Notes under the pieces: model-generated | Seen by the model: the letters and a program-made list of their open reading frames with translations, nothing else | Told to the model about the DNA's origin: nothing | Databases searched by the model: none | Program-made: the position numbers and the translations under genes | Shown here: piece by piece, positions 56,039 to 64,000 of the stretch | How positions within the stretch are numbered: position 1 is the stretch's first letter | How the letters are laid out: every line of letters begins with the position of its first letter | Virus record (IMG/VR): IMGVR_UViG_3300025896_000021 | DNA from: a virus | Taxonomy: Duplodnaviria; Heunggongvirae; Uroviricota; Caudoviricetes | DNA: 64,000 bases | Reading direction: 5' to 3' (one strand)

Positions 56039-56966
56039 TGTAGCAGATTTAGATTGCATCTACCTAAGCTATGATGAACCGCAGAAGGAAGAATTCTGGG
56101 TTAAGATTAAGAACATGGTGCCTTGGGCACAACGAGTAGATGGTGTCAAGGGTAGTGATGCAGCACACAAAGCCGCTGCAGAGGCAAGCGACACTGAACG
56201 ATTTATCTTAATCGACGGGGACAACATGCCCAATGAGTCTTTCTTCAATATGCAGTTAGACTTCACTGACAAAGACAAGAACTATGAACTAGCGCAGTAT
56301 CGTTGGAAAGCTATCAACAGCGTTAACGGATTACGTTATGGCAACGGTGGCATGAGTTCATGGACAAAATCTTATGTAATGAACATGAAGACCCATGAAG
56401 CTAGCGACGGCAATGACAACAACACAGTAGACTTTTGTTTAGACAGTAGCGACAACTTGTATTGGTCAATGCATGATTGCTACTCTACTACCTATCCCAA
56501 CATGACAAGTTTTCAAGCATGGCGTGCAGGGTTTCGTGAAGGTGTCAAGATGTGTCTAGTCAACGGAGCAAAGCCTTCAGTTGAACAGTTTAAAGATAGT
56601 GTTGCGAATAGGAACATGAACAACTTGACGATCTGGCACAACGTGGGCATGGATGCAGAGAATGGTGACTGGGCAATGTATGGTGCTAGACTAGGAACAT
56701 ACATGACTATGCTTACTGATTGGAATCCACAAGAAGTTCAATGGTTTGACAACTTTGCAAAACTATGGGACGAATACAAAGATAGAGATCCAAGATTCTC
56801 TAGTGAATTCTTTGGTGGAGCATTGGGTGACAAATTAGGATTGCCTATCTGTACACTAAATGCAGAACAAAGTAAATTCTTTAAACGTCACTATAACACT
56901 GACAAACACAACATGGGTCCTCTCGTTAGAGAGATGGACGTAATTAGAAACATAGAGGGCTGGTAA
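56019..56966 (+). CDS. Glycosyltransferase-like protein (GT2/GT-A)
   Basis: IYLSYDEP, GVKGSDAAHKAAA, FILIDGDN (DxD), AWRAGFREGVK. Confidence 0.7.
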   Translation: MSTNIVDVADLDCIYLSYDEPQKEEFWVKIKNMVPWAQRVDGVKGSDAAHKAAAEASDTERFILIDGDNMPNESFFNMQLDFTDKDKNYELAQYRWKAINSVNGLRYGNGGMSSWTKSYVMNMKTHEASDGNDNNTVDFCLDSSDNLYWSMHDCYSTTYPNMTSFQAWRAGFREGVKMCLVNGAKPSVEQFKDSVANRNMNNLTIWHNVGMDAENGDWAMYGARLGTYMTMLTDWNPQEVQWFDNFAKLWDEYKDRDPRFSSEFFGGALGDKLGLPICTLNAEQSKFFKRHYNTDKHNMGPLVREMDVIRNIEGW

Positions 56967-58384
56967 TGTCAGACTTAGACGGTAATTATAAAAAGCATCT
57001 TTTAGATGTTAAACAAAAAGTTGATGCAGTCAGTGATAGCTTCTGTGCAGCTAAATGGAAGCAAGTAACGATTCACTTGCAGAATGGTCATACTCATAGT
57101 TGCCATCACCCAAAGACTCACGTAGTCCCGTTGGATGAGATTGCAATTAATCCGTCAGCATTGCACAACACTAACTTTAAAAAAGAACAACGCAAGATGA
57201 TGCTTGAAGGTAGTCGTCCAAGTGAATGTGACTACTGCTGGAGAGTAGAAGATAGCAACAAGGACAACGATGTATTCAGTGACAGATACACTAAGAGCGC
57301 AGACCCTTGGGCAGCACCCTTCATTGAAGAAATTGCTAGCAAGAAATGGGATGACAACGTTGATCCTAGTTATGTAGAGGTAGCATTTAGTAGCACGTGT
57401 AATTTCAAGTGCAGCTATTGCAGCCCTGACGTTAGCAGCAAGTGGATGGAAGAAATTGAACGCTATGGAGCATATCCTACGAGCACTAACTTCAATAACT
57501 TAGACAACATTAGTCAAGCTAAGAAGATTCCTATCAGAAACAAAGACTACAACCCGTATGTTGAATCATTCTGGAAGTGGTGGCCACAACTGTATACTAG
57601 TCTAAAGACATTTAGAATCACAGGTGGAGAGCCATTACTAGCTAAAGATACGTTTCAAGTGCTTGACTATATCATTGAGCATCCTAACCCAGAACTTGAA
57701 CTGAATATCAACAGTAACTTGTGCGTACCTGACGAGTTATTAAAGAAGTTTGTAGAGAAGATGAAACGTATTCAGGGTGAAGGACTTATCAAAGAGTTTA
57801 AGCTATATACCTCTGCTGAGGCACATGGTAAAAAAGCCGAGTACATCCGTAACGGACTAGACTACAACAAATGGTTAGACAACTGCAACTATGTATTGCG
57901 TGATATTCCACAGAGTAAGTTAACTGTGATGGCTACTTACAATGCATTGAGTGTGACAAGTTTCACTCCATTCATGCAAGATATTCTAGACTTACGCAAC
58001 ACATACAACACAGGTGCTGACAGACGCAACCCGGTATCACTTGATACACCTTACTTGCGTTGGCCTTGGCATCAAAGTATGTTCATTCTTACTCCTGACT
58101 ATCTTCCTCAGATTCAAGATCAGGTTACGTTTATGTATCGCAACAAAGAACACATGATGTGGCCACCTACATGTGGTTATGGATTCTACGAACACGAGAT
58201 TAATAGAATGGAACGACTGTACTATGTCGCCAGGGATGAAAAGATCCCTGAGTTAGAACTGATTCGTAATCGCAAAGACTTTGTATCATTTGTAGATGAA
58301 CATGACAAGCGCAGGGGTACAGACTTCTTAGGTACTTTCCCTGAGATGGAAGAATTTTATAGAATGGCTAAAGAATTAAAATGA
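56966..58384 (+). CDS. Radical SAM protein with N-terminal twitch/SPASM-like Cys cluster
   Basis: CNFKCSYC (CX3CX2C), ITGGEPLL; N-terminal FCAAKW...SCHH...CDYCW. Confidence 0.92.
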   Translation: MSDLDGNYKKHLLDVKQKVDAVSDSFCAAKWKQVTIHLQNGHTHSCHHPKTHVVPLDEIAINPSALHNTNFKKEQRKMMLEGSRPSECDYCWRVEDSNKDNDVFSDRYTKSADPWAAPFIEEIASKKWDDNVDPSYVEVAFSSTCNFKCSYCSPDVSSKWMEEIERYGAYPTSTNFNNLDNISQAKKIPIRNKDYNPYVESFWKWWPQLYTSLKTFRITGGEPLLAKDTFQVLDYIIEHPNPELELNINSNLCVPDELLKKFVEKMKRIQGEGLIKEFKLYTSAEAHGKKAEYIRNGLDYNKWLDNCNYVLRDIPQSKLTVMATYNALSVTSFTPFMQDILDLRNTYNTGADRRNPVSLDTPYLRWPWHQSMFILTPDYLPQIQDQVTFMYRNKEHMMWPPTCGYGFYEHEINRMERLYYVARDEKIPELELIRNRKDFVSFVDEHDKRRGTDFLGTFPEMEEFYRMAKELK

Positions 58385-59787
58385 GTAAAGAACTATTTCA
58401 GTGGCGTCAACGAGTATTAGACAGTGTTAGTCCCAGCTTCTGTGCTGCGAAGTGGCTCAACGCTACAATACATCTAGGTCACGGCTATACCCATAGCTGT
58501 CACTTGCCTATCCCTCATCCTATTAACGTAGAGGAATTGAAGGATAACCCATCGGCTATTCATAATACTGCTCATAAGAAAGAGCAACGCACTAAAATGC
58601 TAGCAGGTGAGCGTCCAAGCGAGTGTGAATACTGCTGGAAGATCGAAGATATAGGACGTGAGAACATCAGTGATAGAGTGTATAAGAGTAAGCCCTACAA
58701 AGAAGCTGATATCATTCGCATAGCCAAAGCTGACCCACAGGATAATGTCAACTTAAAGACACTAGAGATTAGTTTCGACCGCACGTGTAACTTTGGATGT
58801 AGTTATTGCAATGCAGGGTACAGTACAACATGGGCTAAGGACATTAAAGACAATGGAATCTATCAAGGCCTCAAGAGTGATGGTGCAGGTGCTTATCAAA
58901 ATGATGGATCATGGACAGAACCCTACGGCAAGTTCAACGAAGGTAACCCCTATACTGAGGCATTCTTTAAATGGTGGCCTGAACTGAGTAAAGACTTAGA
59001 GGAACTACGAGTTACTGGTGGTGAGCCTACAATGAGCCATCATTTTTGGAAATTATGTGAGGAGATCAAGACGCAAGACTTGAAACACTTACGCTTTGCT
59101 ACGAATAGTAACCTAGGTATGAAGCGTTCATTACTAGAAGACTTGGTTATGTTCACTAAGGAAGCGAATATCAAAGAGTTCGACCTCTATACTAGTAATG
59201 AAGCGTACGGTGAGCAAGCTGAATACATCCGTGACGGTATGGACTATCAAGTATGGCGTGATAATTTGATATATTTCATGGAGAATGCTAAGTTTCGTAG
59301 TGTAACTATTATGATGACCATTACTAGCGTATGCTTATTCAGTATTACTGACTTTTTAGATGATATGATATTGCTAAAGAAACAGTATGGACATAATAGA
59401 CCAATGGTTGATTTAAATATCCTGCGCTGGCCTAGTTTCATGAGCCCTATAGCATTGCCGGATCATATTAAAGAATATTGCAGAACGAATCTATTAAATT
59501 GGTTCACTGTCAATAGAGTACATTTAACTGAGGGCGAGAATGCGCAGATTCAACGACTGATTGATTATATTGAAGTAGTTGAAACTCCACACCGCCGTGC
59601 TGTAACTGATAAATCATATTTACATAATGATTTAAAGAGTTTCTACCAACAATATGATTTACGTAGGAATAAAGATATCAATGTATTTCCTGATATCTTT
59701 ACTGATTGGTTAAAAACTATTGAGATAGATAAAACAATTCCAATTAGACTGATCGGGAACGGAGCAATTACTAACTATGACAAGTAA
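58381..59787 (+). CDS. Radical SAM protein with N-terminal twitch/SPASM-like Cys cluster (paralog)
   Basis: CNFGCSYC, VTGGEPTM; FCAAKW...SCHL...CEYCW. Confidence 0.92.
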   Translation: MSKELFQWRQRVLDSVSPSFCAAKWLNATIHLGHGYTHSCHLPIPHPINVEELKDNPSAIHNTAHKKEQRTKMLAGERPSECEYCWKIEDIGRENISDRVYKSKPYKEADIIRIAKADPQDNVNLKTLEISFDRTCNFGCSYCNAGYSTTWAKDIKDNGIYQGLKSDGAGAYQNDGSWTEPYGKFNEGNPYTEAFFKWWPELSKDLEELRVTGGEPTMSHHFWKLCEEIKTQDLKHLRFATNSNLGMKRSLLEDLVMFTKEANIKEFDLYTSNEAYGEQAEYIRDGMDYQVWRDNLIYFMENAKFRSVTIMMTITSVCLFSITDFLDDMILLKKQYGHNRPMVDLNILRWPSFMSPIALPDHIKEYCRTNLLNWFTVNRVHLTEGENAQIQRLIDYIEVVETPHRRAVTDKSYLHNDLKSFYQQYDLRRNKDINVFPDIFTDWLKTIEIDKTIPIRLIGNGAITNYDK

Positions 59788-61066
59788 AATTATATGCACG
59801 TCTGATAGTGATGTAGCCACTACGATATCTGCGTACAATACCCGAGGGGATAGATTTCACTTGGGTAGCGACTGGATTAAGTTTCGTATTAAAGATCCTA
59901 TATCTATGCCGCTATCAACTGCATTGGATAAGAATATTGAAGGGTTCATATTCCATCAGATAGGAACTAGGCAAAGTCCTGATTGGTGGACTGGGTTCAA
60001 ACCCGATAGTTATTTGCCTGGCAAGAATCATGCCACCGTAATTGACAAGTTACCCGAAGCCCTACGAGAAAAATTACGCAATCGCACAGCACTAGTTCAT
60101 TTCGATCAATCTATGGAAGCTAATCCATTAATTGACAAATGGTTTAATTACTATGAGGCATTTCATAAAGCATTTATGGAACACGATCTACTAGCAGAAC
60201 AGTTTGTAATTACAACCTGCAATTTAAGTGAGAGCCGGTTATATGATAAATGGTGCAGTGATAATAATATTACTTCTAAAATGATTATAGTTGAGGCTAA
60301 CTTCTTTGCATCAGCTTGCGCTCAGGATCATTTCTTTTTACCAGGCCCGATCACTATACCCTTCATTAAGCATATAGAACATAAAAGAGATAATGAGGTG
60401 CAATTATTCAATTGCTTGAATAGAGTAGTTAGAGAGCACAGAGTTGCATTTGTAGCCATGCTTAATTACTATGGATTAGTAGACGATAACAAAGTGAGCC
60501 ATGATTTCTATCCCAATCATTTTAAAAATGATATAGTTATCAATGAATTTGCCCCTCATCCTGCATTCGAGCATGCCAATGTTATTAAGACTAATCAGAA
60601 ATTGCCATTGATCCTTGACACCATTCAGTTTCAGGTCAATAAAGCACAGAATCTATACGTAGATGTATATCTAAATACATGGGTTAGCGTCATCACTGAA
60701 ACCTTCTATTATGAATACCCTGATCAGGCAATATTCTTTAGTGAGAAGATATATAAACCCATGAGAGCATTGCATCCTTTTATTATAGTAGGAGCAAAAG
60801 GTAGTCTCCGTGAATTGAAAGCACAGGGGTTTAAGACATTTAGTAATTGGTGGGACGAAAGCTACGATGACATAGAAGAACCTACTGCTAGATTAGAAGC
60901 TATTTGCAAACTCTTATTGCAGTTGAGCATTAAACCAAAGGCTGAGTGGGAACATCTCTATCCTCATATGGAATCGGTACTGCAACATAACTATCAGCAT
61001 TTACTGAACACCGATTGGTTAAAAGATTTGAAACCTAAAATAATTGACAGGATACAACATGATTGA
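59777..61066 (+). CDS. GT-B glycosyltransferase-like protein (GT10/GT47-like C-terminal motif)
   Basis: FNCLNR...HR, VITET...FFSEKIYKP...HPFII...GFKTF...DESYD. Confidence 0.6.
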   Translation: MTSKIICTSDSDVATTISAYNTRGDRFHLGSDWIKFRIKDPISMPLSTALDKNIEGFIFHQIGTRQSPDWWTGFKPDSYLPGKNHATVIDKLPEALREKLRNRTALVHFDQSMEANPLIDKWFNYYEAFHKAFMEHDLLAEQFVITTCNLSESRLYDKWCSDNNITSKMIIVEANFFASACAQDHFFLPGPITIPFIKHIEHKRDNEVQLFNCLNRVVREHRVAFVAMLNYYGLVDDNKVSHDFYPNHFKNDIVINEFAPHPAFEHANVIKTNQKLPLILDTIQFQVNKAQNLYVDVYLNTWVSVITETFYYEYPDQAIFFSEKIYKPMRALHPFIIVGAKGSLRELKAQGFKTFSNWWDESYDDIEEPTARLEAICKLLLQLSIKPKAEWEHLYPHMESVLQHNYQHLLNTDWLKDLKPKIIDRIQHD

Positions 61067-61826
61067 TTTTACAAAATACAAAAGATTCTTTGCATTTGGA
61101 TGCAGTATGACTCGCTATCAATGGCCTACTTGGGCTGATATGATAGGACAAGAGATCCCTACGTATATTAACTGTGCTCAAAGCGGCGCAGGAAATATCT
61201 TTATTAGCAATCAAATAGCTGAATCTAATATGCGGTATAAGTTTAACGAAGATGATCTAGTTATGGTTATGTGGAGTACTATCACTAGAGAGGATCGTTA
61301 CGTAGAAAACCAATGGCATTGTCATGGGAATATCTATTATCAAAATTTCTATGACAAAGACTTTCTGATGAAGTATGTAGACAACCGTGGACAATTAATT
61401 AGAGACTTGGCATTGATTTCAATGTCAGACTGTTTACTACAAACTACTAAAGCAACATATCATATGTTGTCAATGCAACCATTAGAAGCAGTGATACGTG
61501 ACACCACTAATAAATTAGAAGGCGAGTACCAAGATGTCCTTGATCTATACAAGCCTGTCATTGACTTGTTAAAGAATGATCTACTTACGATCGGGTGCGA
61601 TAGTAAATGGGGGTCACTCCCAATCAGACATAATATTCCGGGCGGTCAAACTCACGACTATCATCCGGCACCTAAGGCGCATTTTAACTTTGTTAATAAA
61701 GTATTCCCGAACCTTACCTGGTCTCAGAAAACGATTGATTTTATGGAATTTCATGACGATGTGGTAATGAAGGCCAAGTCTCAGGATGACTTAGTTTATC
61801 AAGCGCCCTGGCCACCTAGACTGTAA
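61059..61826 (+). CDS. SGNH-like hydrolase/acyltransferase
   Basis: FAFGCSMT (block I), SGAGN (block II), DYHP (DxH); start at MIDF after an AGGA SD. Confidence 0.6.
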   Translation: MIDFTKYKRFFAFGCSMTRYQWPTWADMIGQEIPTYINCAQSGAGNIFISNQIAESNMRYKFNEDDLVMVMWSTITREDRYVENQWHCHGNIYYQNFYDKDFLMKYVDNRGQLIRDLALISMSDCLLQTTKATYHMLSMQPLEAVIRDTTNKLEGEYQDVLDLYKPVIDLLKNDLLTIGCDSKWGSLPIRHNIPGGQTHDYHPAPKAHFNFVNKVFPNLTWSQKTIDFMEFHDDVVMKAKSQDDLVYQAPWPPRL

Positions 61827-61851
61827 ATTAAATTCGGGGGAGAGTAATCCT

Positions 61852-61859
61852 TTTAAATA
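61852..61859 (+). promoter_or_regulatory. Late promoter (TTTAAATA)
   Basis: Upstream of the GAGG SD of the dehydrogenase. Confidence 0.55.
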
Positions 61860-61877
61860 CAGTAAGAGGAAATATTT

Positions 61878-63101
61878 ATGAACATCGGATTTATTGGAAT
61901 AGGAAAACTAGGCCTGGCCTGCGCAGAAGTTATGGCAAAGCAACATGTCGTAGACGGATATGATGTACAACCGGTGATCAGTGACAATGTGAATGTCGTT
62001 TTTAGTATAGAATTAGCAGTAAAAGACAAAGACATTGTATTCATTGCAGTACCTACCCCGCACAGTAAAGAGTATGATGGTTCTACACCTAGTGCCCACT
62101 TAGCTACAAAGGACTTTAACTATGACATTGTAAAAGAATGCTTAGTAGAAGCAAACAAGTATATGAACAAGAATCAATTGTTGGTTCTTATCTCTACCGT
62201 ACTACCTGGCACTACTCGCAATCAATTTGTTAATTTGATTCCTAATACTCGCTTTATCTACAATCCATACTTAATTGCAATGGGCAGTGTAGCATGGGAC
62301 TTTGTAAACCCCGAGATGGTTATGATCGGTACAGAAGATGGTAGTGAAACGGGTGATGCACAACTACTAATCAACTTCTATAAGACTATGATGCAGAACG
62401 AACCTCGCTATGTAGTAGGTACATGGGACGAGTGTGAATGTATCAAAGTGTTCTACAATACTTTCATCAGTGCTAAGATTGGATTGGTCAACATGATCCA
62501 AGACGTTGCAGTGAAGCAAGGTAATATCAACGTAGACGTAGTAACCAAAGCATTAGCAGACAGTACAATGCGTATCATGGGACCTAAGTACATGACAGCA
62601 GGCATGGGCGATGCAGGAGCTTGTCATCCACGTGATAACATTGCACTACGTTACATGGCAGAACAATTAGACTTGGGTTATGACTTGTTCGGCTCTATCA
62701 TGCAAGCACGTGAGATACAAGCTAAGAATCTTGCACAATGCTTAGTTGACGAGGCAAATAGTACCGGAATGCATATCTTCATACATGGTAAAGCATACAA
62801 GCCTAATGTCTCTTACACGGATGGAAGCTACAGTACACTAGTGGGACATTATGTAGAAGAAATGGGGCATGGGGTATTTTATGTTGATCCATTGACTGAA
62901 GAAACTGTCACTACCCATATCAAAGGAGTGGTATTGCTAGCACACTGCGCAGAATTAACGTATGATTATGCTGATGTTGAAAAAGCACAGAAGCTATATT
63001 GTGAAATTGTTTCTGGAAGCACCGTAGTCGATCCATGGCGTAGATACACAACTGACAACAACCAAATCAAAGTAATTCATTATGGTAACACTAGACCTTG
63101 A
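61878..63101 (+). CDS. UDP-glucose/GDP-mannose 6-dehydrogenase family protein
   Basis: GIGKLG Rossmann motif, FIAVPTP, ISTVLPGT, IKVFYNTF (catalytic Lys), GACHPRD (catalytic Cys), AYKPN. Confidence 0.92.
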   Translation: MNIGFIGIGKLGLACAEVMAKQHVVDGYDVQPVISDNVNVVFSIELAVKDKDIVFIAVPTPHSKEYDGSTPSAHLATKDFNYDIVKECLVEANKYMNKNQLLVLISTVLPGTTRNQFVNLIPNTRFIYNPYLIAMGSVAWDFVNPEMVMIGTEDGSETGDAQLLINFYKTMMQNEPRYVVGTWDECECIKVFYNTFISAKIGLVNMIQDVAVKQGNINVDVVTKALADSTMRIMGPKYMTAGMGDAGACHPRDNIALRYMAEQLDLGYDLFGSIMQAREIQAKNLAQCLVDEANSTGMHIFIHGKAYKPNVSYTDGSYSTLVGHYVEEMGHGVFYVDPLTEETVTTHIKGVVLLAHCAELTYDYADVEKAQKLYCEIVSGSTVVDPWRRYTTDNNQIKVIHYGNTRP

Positions 63102-63999
63102 CAAGCGTGGTTATTATTTAGTAGGTTGGAAGAAATTCTACAATAAGACCGAAGCCGTAACTTACGCCACTAAGAATAGCTTTGAAGTTAGATGGGTGTT
63201 CAACGATAGTGTATATTCTACTATCGACTGGACTATCCCAATCGAGGTGCCCCTGCCGCAATTATATAGAATGAGAGCGCAACAATTACGGGACAAGTAT
63301 GACTATATCGTGTTGCACTTTAGTGGAGGACAAGATAGCATGAACGTCCTTCATAGTTTCTTAGATAACGATATAAAATTAGATCATATTGTAATTCAAG
63401 TACCAGAACCAGAACGTAAGCGCACTAAAGAAAATGATACTGATTGGAGTAATTACTGGGCCGAGATTGATTATCAAACGATACCATACCTAAAGAGTTT
63501 GGGCAGCAAGATAGATGGAATCAAAATCACAATTCAAGATATGTCAACTTCAACTACTGAATTATTTGCTAAGGACAATTGGACTGAGAAACTACTACCT
63601 AACGCTAGTAGTAACTTAGGAGTAATTGCTAGAGCAATGGCTCAATATAAGACAAACGAAATATTAGAAGTAGCAGAGAAAGGCAAGATTAGCTGTCAAT
63701 TATTAGGAATAGATAAACCATTAGTATACTTTGATGGCATAGATTATTATTCGTTCTTCTTAGATCAATCCGCTTATCATATGCATCCTATGGATAGCAC
63801 AATGAGTGACTTGTTTATTAACTCAGCTACTGAATTCTTTTACTGGACTCCTGATTTACCCGAGATCGTAGTTAAGCAAGCACAAGAGATTAAGAAAGCC
63901 TGTATTGCTAATGATTTGTACAGAAGTGTATTCACAAAGACGCACGAGCATGAAGTGGGTATATTTAGGGCATTGATGCAGCATATAATTTATGATCCT
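63082..63999 (+). CDS. PP-loop (adenine nucleotide alpha-hydrolase-like) protein, partial
   Basis: Not in the ORF track (no stop in window). MVTLDLDKRGYYLVG...RAQQLRDKYDYIVLHFSGGQDS contains the SGGxDS PP-loop. Confidence 0.8.
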   Translation, partial: MVTLDLDKRGYYLVGWKKFYNKTEAVTYATKNSFEVRWVFNDSVYSTIDWTIPIEVPLPQLYRMRAQQLRDKYDYIVLHFSGGQDSMNVLHSFLDNDIKLDHIVIQVPEPERKRTKENDTDWSNYWAEIDYQTIPYLKSLGSKIDGIKITIQDMSTSTTELFAKDNWTEKLLPNASSNLGVIARAMAQYKTNEILEVAEKGKISCQLLGIDKPLVYFDGIDYYSFFLDQSAYHMHPMDSTMSDLFINSATEFFYWTPDLPEIVVKQAQEIKKACIANDLYRSVFTKTHEHEVGIFRALMQHIIYDP

Positions 64000-64000
64000 A

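Noticed and set aside
1-64000. Stop-codon reassignment, DGR, introns/inteins, tRNAs
   Set aside because: Core genes are full length in code 11; no reverse transcriptase, TR/VR pair, intein motifs or cloverleafs seen by eye.

Overview
A 64-kb structural region of a large T4-superfamily (myovirus-type) dsDNA phage, read in genetic code 11, with no host genes, tRNAs or CRISPR array seen. Minus strand 1-15.9 kb holds tape measure, portal (gp20), small and acidic core proteins, prohead protease (gp21), scaffold (gp22), major capsid (gp23) and four fibre-like genes. 15.9-17.0 kb (+) is a gp26/gp51-like pair that appears joined by a programmed -1 frameshift. 17.0-17.6 kb is an ORF-free, highly structured element: a candidate large ncRNA plus GNA-triloop DNA hairpins. 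17.6-22.8 kb (-) holds late sigma gp55, gp47, an inserted 2OG-Fe(II)-like gene, gp46 and an Hjc-type resolvase. 22.9-53.8 kb (+) is the baseplate/tail block, including a 5284-aa giant protein. 53.9-64 kb (+) is a late, mostly translationally coupled modification cluster: 4 glycosyltransferase-like genes, 2 twitch/SPASM radical SAMs, an SGNH-like protein, a nucleotide-sugar dehydrogenase and a PP-loop ATPase. Best candidates for new biology are the 17-kb structured element, the frameshift and the putative virion-glycosylation cluster. All family calls come from motif recognition by eye, not database searches.
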